Shown here one piece after another: positions 52,001-64,000 of a stretch of 64,000 bases of DNA; position 1 is the first letter of the stretch, and every line of letters begins with the position of its first letter. The stretch comes from Camelus ferus. Taxonomy: Eukaryota. Position numbers and translations under genes: made by a program. The DNA lies in the NCBI RefSeq assembly GCF_009834535.1, contig NC_045697.1, positions 60,886,001 to 60,950,000 of the forward strand, written 5' to 3'. A model generated the notes under the pieces. The model had not been told where the DNA came from. It made no database searches and saw only the letters and a program-made list of their open reading frames with translations.

Positions 52001-53345
52001 GTGAAACACGGTTTAAACATATTTAAACTCTTGGAAACAGTACAGTTTCAAAAAAAGGTGGCAGTGATTCACAGTGGAGGTTATCAAAAGAGGGGTGCAG
52101 AGGTAATAAAAGGAAACAAGTTGGATGCAACTGCCAAAGGGCAGCCCTAGAACCAGAAACTCAACAACCACCCCTGATACCTCAAAGGACAGATCCATCC
52201 CATTTTTCTTCCCAGTTTACACAAAGGAACAGTTAGACAAAGCCTGAAAATGGGACTTCAGTAGAGATCTAGGAGCCTATGGGTGGCTAGTCAATGAACA
52301 CAGGCAACACCTTCCCCAAACTGCAGCTTGTCAAGCCATCAGGGAGGCTCATCAAGCAACTCACCACAGGAAGGAAGCCCTATATAACTGGTTAGTTGAG
52401 ACCATGGTAACTTCTGGCATAAAAAGTAAAATCAGCTGGGTAGTTGAGACCTACTTCATCTGCACAATGAACAACCCCAACACCAAATCCCCAGAGGGCC
52501 CCAGATAAGGCTCATTCAGACCAGAGAATAAAAGGGCCTTATCAGGGGAGGGGGGGCCTCTGTAGCAGATTTGTAGATTGATTTCAGTGTCATGCTGAGA
52601 GTATTGGGCAATTTCAGGTACCTCTTGGTGCCAGCAGACACATTTCCTGAATGAATAGAACCATTCTCTGCTACAACTGAAATAGCACTTAAGTGGCTAA
52701 GGTGTTTCTAAAAGAACTAATGCCCAGATTTGGGCTCCCAGGATCCCTGCCAAGAGATGATGATCCAGCATGTGTGTTTCAAGTGATGAAGGGAGATAAT
52801 GAGTGTCCTGGACATAAACTGGACCTTGTGCTCAGCCTGAAGACCTCAATCACTGGGGAAAGCAGAGAGATCCAATCAGACCTTGAAATGGGCCTTAGCC
52901 AAGCTATGTCAGAAAACTCAAGAAAATTGGGAAAAGTTACTTCCAATTGCTCTGCTCCATATGCAGTTAGCTTCAAGGGATGATTTAAAGTTAAATGCAT
53001 TTGAACTCATGTATGGTAGACACATATCCCAAGCCCGAGAGAAGGGACACTTCAACTCCCTTGAAATGGAAAAACTCAGTGCGCCCTCCAGGTAAGAGGA
53101 CCCACGAAAGCCCTCCTGGCATGTGGTAACCAGGTGCTGCCTGCACCCACTCACCTGGCCCTCCACCCCATCCAGCCAGGAGACTGGGTGAACTTAAAAA
53201 CCTGGAAAACTGTCAGCCCCCAAGATCACCTTACACCTCGGTGAAACAGACCCCTCTTGGTGATCCTAAACTCCCACTCTGTCCTGAAGCTGCCAGAGAT
53301 CACTCTGTGGACGCATCACACTCCAGTGAGGAGGGCCCCTGAGCC
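52001..53345 (+). pseudogene. pol: ERV pol remnant: RNase H C-terminus plus integrase, with stops and frameshifts
   Basis: LLETVQFQKKVAVIHSGGYQK...KGNKLDATAK (RNase H); IDF...FRYLLV.ADTF; KELMPRFGLP; RPQSLGKAERSNQTLK; FELMYGR; HPIQPGDWVNLKTW (integrase C-terminus). Confidence 0.92.
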
Positions 53346-53554
53346 CCAGCCCCGGGAAAGACAACCTGAGGCAACCAACCGCCTTGACTATTCCTGTGAA
53401 TCTCTCTCTGACTTGAACCTTCTCTTCTGAAAAGCAATAGGAGTGTCACAGGGTACTCAGGCCACAACAGTGAGCCTCAACATCAGGGCACACTTTTGTT
53501 TACAGACAAAAGACCCCGATACCTTCATTTTTAGTTAAAATTTGACATATGATC

Positions 53555-53660
53555 ATTATTCTCTTGCTAAGATATGAATCATGTATGTGAAATTGTTTGG
53601 TGTCCTTTGTCACCAAAGGTTAGACAAATGGTGGTCACTCAGCGATACAGTTAGGGCGGA
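53555..53660 (+). pseudogene. env: env TM/cytoplasmic-tail remnant
   Basis: IILLLRYESCM*NCLVSFVTK and QMVVTQRY resemble the gamma-type env C-terminus (LLLFGPCILN.LV.FV..R); located upstream of the PPT. Confidence 0.55.
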
Positions 53661-53826
53661 GGCCTGGTGACAACCGAACACATCTAAAGGCAGCTGAGGA
53701 GGAGCTCTGCTCCTTTAATGGGGCTATGACGACTCCCCAGTGCAGTTACAGAGGACTGACCTGCACCCCTCAGTGCCCCTTCAGGAATGAGGAGCAGGAC
53801 AAAACGCAGAAGGCAGAGGAGGGACT

Positions 53827-54362
53827 TATCACATACAAAGCACATTAACAATTCCCAGGAAATAAAAATAGCATCTGGATAATAAAATAAACTCTAACCT
53901 TTTTCTTCCTTTTCCTTTGTGCTTGGTCTAGTTTCACTTGCTCATAGGACGCATGCAGAGGCCTCCCACCAGGCTCTTCAGACCAGAGGTCCTAGCCTGA
54001 GCCAGCAGCAGCCGCCAGCCACCTCAGTGCAGCGGGCTGCGTGCACCTGCGCGCGACGCCTCAATCCAAGATGGCGGCGGGGGCAGTGGGCATGTGCGGA
54101 GACGCCGCTCCCGCGCTGCCATCTGGAGCCAATAACGCAGCCGCTCGCTCGCCCCCCGCTGAGGAGAACGGTAGAAAGCAGCCCGGCCCGCAGCCTGTCG
54201 GGAGCGCGTGGACTCTAAAGCGGGAGCTCACGCCTCTCCATTCTTTGATCCAAGAATAAAACCTCCCTTTGCTTCTGAACCGAACTCAGTCTAGTTCTAT
54301 TGGCTTGAAGGACACTGCGCGGGAGGATCCTCATTGGGGCCAGACTCAAAACGGTCAGTAAA
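53827..54362 (+). repeat. 3' LTR of provirus
   Basis: tatcacatacaaagc ... ggtcagtaaa, homologous to the 5' LTR; AATAAA at 54255-54260. Confidence 0.88.
54001..54240. promoter_or_regulatory. Small CpG island inside the 3' LTR with YY1 motif and CCAAT box
   Basis: About 27 CpG in 240 bp (hand count); CAAGATGGCGGC (YY1 consensus) at 54067-54078; agccaataa at ~54127-54135. Confidence 0.65.
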
Positions 54363-54744
54363 TTATTACCTTACTTCTCTCTTGTAGACAGCATAATAAT
54401 CATCAGTGAGTTATAATCACCCTATTGTGAATTATTAATCTGCATTTTAAAAATAACATAATTACATAAATTCTAGTAATGTTCCAGTGGTTGATTTATT
54501 TAATTCAATCCTAAAACTAACAGTGTTTCCTCGTTATCATTATAAATATCTAATTGCTTTTCTTACGCCTGGAGTTTTGGTGCACATGATTATCAAGATT
54601 GTATCCATGGTGAATTTTTATGCATTTTCAAGTCTAGATTACTTGGTAAGTGAGCTGTTTACAATTCCTTATCTTTTTCTTAATTTTTTATCAAAGCTAT
54701 AATTTACTATTTCTATCACATATTCTGAGTTATGATGAGTCATG

Positions 54745-54955
54745 ATGCACTGTAGTATTTGGGTGAAGAATCTGTTCTCTAAAGCGAGATGAATCTGTGG
54801 TTCCAAACCAGCTTTCTGAATTCTTAATTACTACCACTGTTTCTGTGCCTGTGAAGCCCCATATGTGAAATAGGGAAAGGCTTATGGGATTGTTGTGAGG
54901 GTTAGATGTACGTGCAGTGCCTAGCTTGTGACCTGGCTTATAATTAATATTCTAA
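54745..54955 (+). mobile_element. MIR SINE
   Basis: tttctgtgcctgtgaagccccatatgtgaaataggg ... gggattgttgtgagggttagatg ... cagtgcctagc. Confidence 0.65.
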
Positions 54956-56854
54956 AAATATTTCTTTATAAAGAGTAACAGCATGGACAACTTAGATTGG
55001 CATTCAGTTGGTTCATACTGAGATGCTAGATATATTTACAAAACAGATGTTTGGAAAATGACAGGAAACACAAATTCTGCTTTTAAAAACAATTTCATCA
55101 GAACAACAAAAAATGTTTTAAGAAAAGAATTCATGCTATTATATATATTTTTAGTCTTGTTTTTTCCACCAAAATTATTTCTCTGACTCCTGTTTAGTAG
55201 ATAACTGGATGATAGGCGTGAAAGCTACCAAGTATTACACGTAACTTCAAGGACATGGCTCTACTTTTTTGCCATTTTCTAATATTGCCTAATATTACAA
55301 AAAATGAAAGAGTATTATAAAAATTTTTAAATGACGTAATTATAGATTTTTCTCTAAAATTTTGAATAAAACTTGAAAAAGTAAATATTAAATACTAATT
55401 ATAATTGTATATATGTGATATCGTGTGTAGATATAAATATAATTTCTCTAAAATTATAAGGAACTTAAAAAATTTTAAACTTAAGAAGTAAGAGTCCTTC
55501 ACCTTTGAATTAGACATTATAGGTCTAACTACATCCCTTCTTTCTCCGGCCCCTCCTGCTTCAGCACTAGACTCTGAATACATCTGCTGATGCTACTTTG
55601 TCATCATTCTCTTCCCCTCAGTCTCTTCTGGATGATTCTAGGTACAAAGAATCTGAAAACTCCTTTTAGGCTGAATTTGAGGATTAAAGATACCATTCTG
55701 AAAAATATTGGTGGCATTTTTAAATTGTTTCATTTATGATTATTTCTATTAGCCCTGAAATTTTTACATAGTATATGTAAAAATTGTAGTATTTTTTGTA
55801 TATATATTAGTATATATTGACTTAAATGACCATGAATTGCTGTTGTTACAACTTAATATTTAATGTCTCTCTGTCTTGTGGTCTACCTGAATTCCGGGTG
55901 ATTCCCATATTGGGCTAGCTCATAATTCAATTATTTTAATTTCAGTGAGTGGGGAATTTTAGGAAATCAAGAGACAGAAGTCAAAGGGTTCTCCATGCCA
56001 TTTTTTTCCATATTTAAACTAATTTCCAACAACATTATCAATCATCTGTGTTGCTTTTAACCCTCTGATTCCAAATGGAAATCATCCTTTGTGTTAATAT
56101 TGGTGGCAAATAATGAAGATAAAGGAGTTTGAAATAGCTGCAGCCTATTGATAGGCCATACTCCACAAGAATTATAGGTAATGTTACCATCCTATATGCA
56201 GAATTTCCTGAGGCTAAGGGAGAAGGTGATGATTTCCTGATAATAAATTCTTCCCAGCCCCAGGGAGGAATCCTATTAGTACTAGCAATGGGCAATGCCC
56301 CACGTGTAGCAAAAATACCAACCATTTCATAAACAGATTATGTATATTTAATAGTATAAAGCTACAGTATTCTGAACAAAAGAACAAAAGGAGGAATGTT
56401 GAAATATGTACATTCAAAATTCCTCAGTGCAAAAATAAAGACATGGAGCAGCTTACAGAACAAGGGAAAAGTGATACCTGTGATGCCTTGCTTAGAAATA
56501 ATAATTACAATTTCATAATCATTGTGTTTCCATGAGAAAAAAAACTTGCGTACACTACTAAGAAGTTTCAACTCTCTATGGAAGGAGAGTTTCTTAAAAA
56601 CCCCCTATTACACAGACGTTGTGAAAATTGTAGATTCCCCTAGATGCAACAAAATTAGACCTGTGCTCCTAACTTTTGTCTCTCAGCCACCACAATGGGT
56701 AAGAAAGGTAGAAGATTCTTCTACCCTCCCCATTGTGGTGACCTACCTATTGGCAGCCACCCGTGCCTTTATAACATCTCTCATGCCGTAGCTTCCTCTC
56801 CCTCCCTCTCTTCTCTCCTTGTGTCATGTATCACTTTACTATGCATAAATTTTA

Positions 56855-56975
56855 CCCTAGGAGTTGTTAAATTACAGATGACAGGGCCCACCTACAGAGT
56901 TTCTGATTTAGAAGAACTATTTTATGGCCCAAGAATTTGCATTTTTAACAAGCCCCTAAGTTGATTGCAATCCAG
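56855..56975. mobile_element. hAT-Charlie MER5A/B-like
   Basis: gttaaattacagatgacagggccccacctacagagtttctgatttag ... ggcccaagaatttgcatttttaacaagc. Confidence 0.8.
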
Positions 56976-57279
56976 TTAGCACCGATGATATTTTAGGAAA
57001 ATATGTCCTAGACTAGATAGAGCATCACACATAGGCTTGATTCCCCACCCTCAAGCCCCCTTCCCCCAGGTCTTCATCTGGTATTTAGAGTGCTTGCTAA
57101 TTCCTGTTGTTAAATTTGCTTAAGATATTTCTTAATGCTGTGTAATTTTCATAAATATCTCACCTCTTATTGCTTGACAGTTCAGTTTTCCAGAGTGCCA
57201 GTGTATACCTATGACCAATTTTTCATTCTTTTCAAGCTCTTATCCTGCTGCTGTGGCTCTCACTTTCTTCAGATGTCCT

Positions 57280-58050
57280 AGCTCTCTACTCTCCCGAGGT
57301 GTAAGGCCTATCAGTAATGAACTTCCTCAACTCCCCTTGTTCCTTTTCCTCTCCAAGTGACTATTTCCACTAGCTCTGAGCGGATTTTTTGACACGAATT
57401 ATAGAAAGAAGAGCTTCTACATTTTTCCAAGGTGTGCCTCCTCACATATTTTCTTGATCCTATCTTTTGTTTCTTTCCAGGGATCTTGCTAAATTAATTT
57501 TCACGTAAGTTTTTATTTGACAAATAATTACTGACAAACTACTATGAGTCAGATCCAAATACAAGGAGCCTCCTTCTTTCACAAATTAAACTTTTTTTTT
57601 TGCCCATGACTCTTAAATATCACACTCGTGAATCCTTGCCACAGTCTGAAATACTTTCCCTTCTTACTTCCACTTCCTAAAGAACAAAATATCCTTCCTT
57701 CATCCCGTTAGGTAACTGCTTCAGAGAGCATCTCATCCCCATTACTATCACCTTTAGCCATCTGAACTTGCCACATGCTACTGCCATTCTTCTGTTTGGT
57801 ACATTGTCCTTAATTACCACCTCCTCGTATCCTCTTCCACTTCTTGGTACCACTTGATACTTCATGAATCTGTTCTCATAATTTCTGAGAAGCTGAACTT
57901 TCTGTGTCATTTTATACTTCCTTTTCTCATTATCATTCCCTAACACATTCCCAAAGTTCTATCCACAGTCTTGAGTTTTCTTTCCTGGCATTCTCTCCCT
58001 TGGCAATCTCAACCATAAAATAAGTGCAGTTATCCATAACTCAGAGAAGT
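57280..58050 (+). mobile_element. L2 fragments
   Basis: aatgaacttcctcaactcccc; catccccattactatcacc...aacttgcc; C/T-rich decayed L2. Confidence 0.5.
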
Positions 58051-59339
58051 AACATCTGTTAGAGGGAACTCTGTAGGTAATGTTTATTGCACAGTTTCTG
58101 GCATACATGGTGCATTCATTACAGATATTAAGTGGCTATTATTGCTGTGGATGCTATTACTAGTAGTCATTATTGTGAATACCTCTGAAGCGCCATTGTT
58201 TTTCTGAAGCTCCAGACGTGCATTTTTCTATTTTTTGCTGACAACACTTGAAAGAATCATTTGTGATTCAAACTTAAAAGCAGCTATGTCTAAAATATTA
58301 TCAGTTATACCTTCATCGGTTTTGAGACTTCCACTACTTAGATGGTTTCCCACCATTACGTTTTTCCCACTGATAACTTTAATCTTGGTAATAAACCCAC
58401 AAATATTCAATTGGAGGAATACAATGCATTTTTCAGTGTACCTGGGAAAAATTTTTTTTCCAAGGAAAAAAAAATTTCTGGATTCCTGTCATATGGGAGG
58501 ACTTCCTAAGAAGCATGTTCATGTCCCTGACTTAGTAGCACAGAAGGGAACCTTGTTGCTGTAATATGGCTTGTGTTCTTAGAGAAGGCCTTATAATTGA
58601 AGACCATATGGGACCCTATTTATAGAAATGTTCTAAAGGACATCTACAGGTAATAATTTTGTGGAATTGAAGTGTTTTCCATTAATATAGTTTTAATTTA
58701 GTTCACTTCACATGGGAAATTAATTAGTTTGCTATCTAAGGGTAATCAAAATAAATAGTGTCATATTCTTCTGGATATAAACACATATACATATTTTTGA
58801 ACTAACAAACGAAACATTTTTTGAGTTATAAGCTATGGGGAACTGAGTCAACCACTAGGAATTAATTGACAAACGTGGATCCTTTCCCTGTAACAAAATT
58901 TGCACTCTGTTGAAGGAGATACATCAGTTACAGTACAGAGTGGTCAGTTACATAGCTGAAATACAAGGTGCTATAAAAGCAAATAAAGACATTTTTTGCT
59001 AAATTTACATGATCTTATTCTCTAAGACATAATCTAAAGTGATATCTAATAGATAAGAAAAAATAGCTAAATAAACTATTATCTGTATAGTTAATATTCC
59101 TGTGTACAACATTATGGTCCTGATGCTAAACTCTTTATTATCAGAGTAAAAACAAAGAACCAAACCATGAATCAATTTAGGGTTATCAATTGTGTGAGTT
59201 TCTAGGGAAAAATGAATGGACTTCAAATGCCCAATTAACAAATTTGAAAATTGTTTAAGGTATGAACTCAAAATCTCAGATAAGTGTAAAGAAGAATTCT
59301 TAATTCTTATGAGCTCCAAGCTCATCGTTTAGTTTCTCT

Positions 59340-60870
59340 GTCTCACTCCTAAATCAGCCATTCCTCCAAAGGAATCTTTGTTCCTTTTATTGGAGAATGG
59401 TATTAGAAACCAAGTGTTGGGCCGGCTCGTGGCTGTTGGGGTATCACTAATTCTGGGCCCTCTATGTGGACAAAGTTAGGAAATATATATCTTCTAACCA
59501 ATGTATAGACACACATCTATGATTATTTCATTATATATTAAGCTAAAAAAAGTCCATACTGATGTCTCCAATTCTAATGCAGCAGAACATGGTTCATTCC
59601 AGTCTTCTTTGCTTATCTGTAACTTCCCCGTCCAACACTGAGAAACCTGTCTCCAACCGTTCACCATCTACCATCCGTTTACTTGCTTATTCAACTCCAG
59701 TATATGTGAAAAAGAGTTTGAGAATTGTTAACCCATTCCTTTGTGAGAAACATTTTGATTTCCAGTGAAAACACCATTTTTCAGTTACTTAAATCAATTA
59801 TCATTTTTACCTGCCCTCTTCAGGGAGGTTATGCTCTATATTTATAATACAATTACTGTCTTTTGTAACAGTTTGCTTTACATCCTGTGATCCCTGAACT
59901 CCTGGTTGATTTTTTAAAGTTGTATACATTAAAATTAATTATTTGCAACGTACAGTTCTATAGATTTTGCAAAATGTATGGAGTCATGGGTCTACCACCT
60001 CAAAACCATAGAGAGAACTTTAATGACCCTAAAAATTATCCTATGTGTTCTGTTTTACTCAGCTACTCCCAATTCTCCAACCCCTGGTAACCACTGATTT
60101 GTTTCCCAGCCATATAATTTTGCTTTTTCATGAGTGTCATATGAATGAATTCCTATAGTATGTAGCCCTTTGTGTCTGACATCTTACTCTCAGGGAGATA
60201 AATTTTAGATTCGTTTTCTTGAAGTTTGCTATTGTTGTTGTTTGCATATAGATATGTACAATTGTTCCAGCATCAATTTTTGATTTTTTTGAAGTGGCAG
60301 TTATTTCTCCATTGAAATGATTTTGCATCTTTGTCAAAATACAATTGGCTGTATTGGTGTGAGTTTGTTTCTAGGCTCTCTATCCTATTCCATTCATCCG
60401 TGTCTATCCTTCCACCAATACCTGCTTGGTTATTCATGGTAGTTCTTAATGCCAGGCAATGTGAGTCTTCTGACTGTTCTTTTTTCAGAATTGATTTGGC
60501 TATTAAGTACCTTTGGCTTTTCCATGTAAATTTTGGAATCAACTTCATATTTCCAAAAACCAATGGCAGAATTTTCACTGGGATTACATTGACTCTTTAA
60601 ATAAAAGGGTATTGAAATCTTAACAATGTTGAATTTTCCAGTGCATTAGCAAGATATATCTCCCAATTTATTTAGATCATCTTTTATTTCTTTCATCAGT
60701 GTGTTGTCATTTTCAGCACACAAATTATGCATTTATTTTGTTAGCTTTATACTTATTTTGTTTTATTTATATTTTATTTATTTAGGCCTATTATATTTTT
60801 TATTTAAGAATTTTCTTGTTCACTGCTGGTATATAGGAATCCAATTGACTGAAGTCAGTTGATTTTATAA
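59340..60870 (-). mobile_element. L1MD-type 3' UTR plus ORF2 remnant
   Basis: ttccttttattggagaatggtattagaaaccaag (L1MD 3' end); minus ORF 60273-60578 KLIPKFTWKSQ...IAKSILKK...RIDTDEWNRIESLETNSHQYSQL is L1 ORF2p. Confidence 0.88.
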
Positions 60871-62630
60871 ACTCACTCATAGTTAAAGCCATTGAATGGG
60901 ACTGTATCATCTGGGAAGAAGATATCTCTATGTTCAACAAATGATTGAATTTTAAAACTTATTTGTAAAAGTCATTTATTTTTTATTTTGTCACAGTAAA
61001 ATTTTGTTTTGAGGAATGAGAAAGGGAGTGGACTGTCCAATTATGTTAATTCTATTTGCACATTAATGGAATGTGTGTAAATTGTTTATTCAGAAAATGG
61101 AGGAAATATAGTAGAGGAGATATCAGGAGACAGTAATGTAACAAGTCTGAATACAACAGCATGGTACAACTAATTCATAGTGCTCTCGAAAGTTAGCCAA
61201 GTACATGTGCTCAAAATAGGTTAAATTTTTTTCTCTATAGTTGTTAATGTGCTTTGAGATTATTAATGATTCACTCACATATTCAATCAATCTGTAATTT
61301 TGAGTAGAATGAATTTGGAGAGGCTTCTTGTAATAATGACCTTAAGTAACTCTGTGACGTAAGTTTTTCCAAGGACAATTTGGATGGATTCCCACAGTGT
61401 TCACTCAAATATTATGATTATTAAATTCTAAGCCACTGACTCTAAACTGATTGAAATAATGTGAAAGAATTGTATTTGAATTTTGGTAAAATATGTCACC
61501 AGCTTAAATGTCTGTGGCAAGACTTAAAGTTTAAGTAGGTAAAATATTATATAATTTCTCTAAACATTAGGATATATTTCATATACATAAATATAAGTGA
61601 AAGTCAAAAAATAAATTTGAGCCATGAAAAGTATCACACTGATAAACTTTAATACAACTAAATGTTATTTTTTGTAGCAATTGGAACACTATTAATAAAG
61701 TTAAAAAATTGAATTTAAACATTTTTTTCAGTTGAATCAGAAAACTATATCATAAAGCCAGTAATGATAAATCTTGTTTCTCTTTTTTTATATATACCAT
61801 TTTTTATATAATGGGGTATAAACATCGAATTGGTATTTAATAACATTAATACAAGTAATTAGTTATGATTATGGACATTTTAAACTATTTAGTTGCTTAT
61901 CAAGTAGTTGTTATGTCTAATTTTATTATTTCTCTTGAAGCTTAGAATGTTAAAATAGCATTTGTTCTCAAGTGTAAATTCTAGCTAAATGAATATACAC
62001 GACACGCAAACTACAAGAGCAAAATTTTCCTTAGAAATAAAATGGGTCAAATTGATCATGTCTTGTATTTCTCACAGAGTTATTGTGAGAAATGGAATAT
62101 ATTATTATGGTTTTTAAAAGTATGTTAACTCAAGGATTATGTGGTGAGATAAAATTTTGCAGCATTAACCAATGTGGATCTATGTGTTTTCTTGGCTGTG
62201 TTATCTTTTGTTTTCCCTTCATTTAACCTTTCAGTCTTCAACCATTCAAACTATAACTTGGCTTCTGTTCTCCAGAGAAGTTAGACCATAGCTCAAATGC
62301 AAAACCGAAAACAAACAAAGAAATCATGTTGTGGTATTCCAACTTTCAAAGTCAGGGGCTTCCCATAAATAGCAGTTTGAGTAAATAAATTCTTGTCTGT
62401 TGATTTTCTTATCTTCAACTGTGGGTTGGGAAAGGATATAATCAGAAATAAATTTGAAGACTTTATTCTTGAGGTGATCCTCAGAACAATCTCAACACCC
62501 TTCTCTCAGACTAAACTTTGAAGGTGGTGGTAATAAAACTATAGATAGTTTTTGGTACCAAGAAACTGAACAAGCCTGTGCCTTATTTCTAATCTTATAT
62601 TTGGTAAACAATAGAATTTCAGATCCCCAC

Positions 62631-62749
62631 TGTATTAGTCAGGGTTCTCCAGAGAATAAGCACCAATAAGATATAGACAGATGCAAGGATGGATAGATAG
62701 GTAGGTAGGTAGGTAGATAGATAGGTAGATAGGTAGATAGATAGGTAGG

Positions 62750-62783
<34 letters not shown>

Positions 62784-63355
62784 TAAAGATATAGATATAG
62801 ATGACACAGAATAGATATAGATATAGATAACATAAGAAGAGATTTATTATAGGGATTGGTTCATGTGGTTAGGGAGTCTGAGAAGTCCAAGGATCGGCCA
62901 TTTGGAAGCTGGAGAACCAACCAGAAAAGCTGGTGGTATAATCCAATCCAAGTCCAATCCAAGTCCAATCCAAGTCCAAAGGGAGCCAGTGGTATGACTC
63001 CTTATCTGAGGTCAAAGGCCTGAGAACCAGAGGGCTACTAGTTCAAGTCTCAGAGTCTGAAAGCATGAGAATCAGAATGTTTCATGTCCAAAAGCAAGGG
63101 AGGATAAATGTCTCAGCTAAAAAAGATGGAAAATTTTACTCTTCCTTAGTGCATTTGATCTATGTGAGCCCCTAATGGATTGGATAATAGCTTCCCACAT
63201 TGGGAAGAGTGAACCTCTCTCTACTCACACTACTGAATCAAATGCTAGTATCTTCCAGAAACATCTACACAGATACATTCAGAAATAATGTTTTACCAGT
63301 TATCTGGGCATTCTTTAGGCTAGTCAAGTTGACATAAAATTAAATAAACATCATA
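62631..63355 (-). mobile_element. ERVL solo LTR (MLT2B-like), near full length
   Basis: Begins tgtattagtcagggttctccagagaa and ends ctagtcaagttgacataaaattaaataaacatca, the reverse complement of MLT2 termini. Confidence 0.9.
62692..62782. repeat. Compound (GATA)n/(GGTA)n tetranucleotide STR inside MLT2
   Basis: Directly visible. Confidence 0.95.
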
Positions 63356-64000
63356 CACAGAACCACCCAACATGATATATTGGCAGAAGATTAGGCATGG
63401 TTATAAGTTGCATCTGAGGCATCCCACCAAGTATTTTCTGGAACCCCTAGTCCTAAAAGGCAGCTAAACTCTTCTGTTTCTCTGATGAATAGTTACAAGT
63501 TTATTGAGAAGAAAAGGGGAATCAAAAATATCCAATGATTGTGATGAGAGTTTGCTGCAGTATGAAACAGTGTGGACCATACAGCTGGAAACATGGAGAT
63601 CTGAATGGATGCCAATGGTAAAGTTTGAGGCTAACCGTGAACTAGATAGGTAATGTAATTTTTAACAAATACCAATATAGACTGACATCAACCAATAGCA
63701 GATGACTCCATACCTAATGCCTTATTTCCTGAAACTTAGACGCTACCCCAGGGGAAAAGAAAGGGGGAAGAATCCTGAATTTGGAGAGATTATATGAAAT
63801 TCACAAAGATTATATTTTCTGTCATTAAATTGCCAATGTATTATAAATAGAATTAATTTATAGAACAATATACTTCTTTTATATTTTTCACATCTCATTA
63901 TGGATATTATAATCGCCATACCAATTATAGCAAAGATACAACCAATGCTAGGGAAAAAATTTAGTACTATAAGATAAATGTTAAACTCATATGTAAAAAA

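Larger units (their letters stand above)
50917..54362 (+). mobile_element. Internally deleted class I (ERV1/gammaretrovirus-like) provirus
   Basis: Two homologous LTRs, PBS-like site, RNaseH and integrase remnants, env C-terminal remnant, polypurine tract agaaggcagaggaggga before the 3' LTR. Confidence 0.9.

Noticed and set aside
52693..53095. Domesticated integrase gene
   Set aside because: Multiple stops and frameshifts split the integrase core, so no intact protein can be made
53919..54259. ORFs of 99 and 72 aa in the GC-rich block
   Set aside because: They lie entirely within the 3' LTR; openness is explained by high GC and there is no recognisable domain
56038..56325. 95-aa minus-strand ORF
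   Set aside because: No recognisable homology or convincing exon boundaries; length expected by chance

Overview
AT-rich, CpG-depleted eutherian genomic DNA that looks intergenic or deep intronic. I recognise no host protein-coding exon. Three tRNA-Ala(AGC)-derived SINEs resembling the camelid Vic-1 family, and no Alu, BovA/BovB, PRE1 or SINEC seen, point to a camelid genome (inference). Much of the window is decayed transposable elements: L1 of several ages, L2, MIR, MaLR/ERVL LTRs and hAT/Tigger DNA transposons. A 3.45-kb internally deleted ERV1-like provirus lies at 50917-54362 (LTR, Arg-type PBS, RNaseH/IN remnant, env tail, PPT, LTR). Three observations stand out. (1) The 3' LTR of this provirus keeps about 32 CpGs and an intact YY1/CCAAT set, while the 5' LTR has about 4 CpGs, suggesting an exapted unmethylated promoter. 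(2) A ~1-kb decayed reading frame at ~27460-28530 has ordered motifs resembling negative-strand RNA virus nucleoproteins; this is a low-confidence candidate non-retroviral endogenous viral element. (3) A poly(A)-tailed 3'UTR-like retrocopy lies next to it. Repeat family names come from recalled consensus sequences, not a database search, and boundaries of old repeats are approximate.
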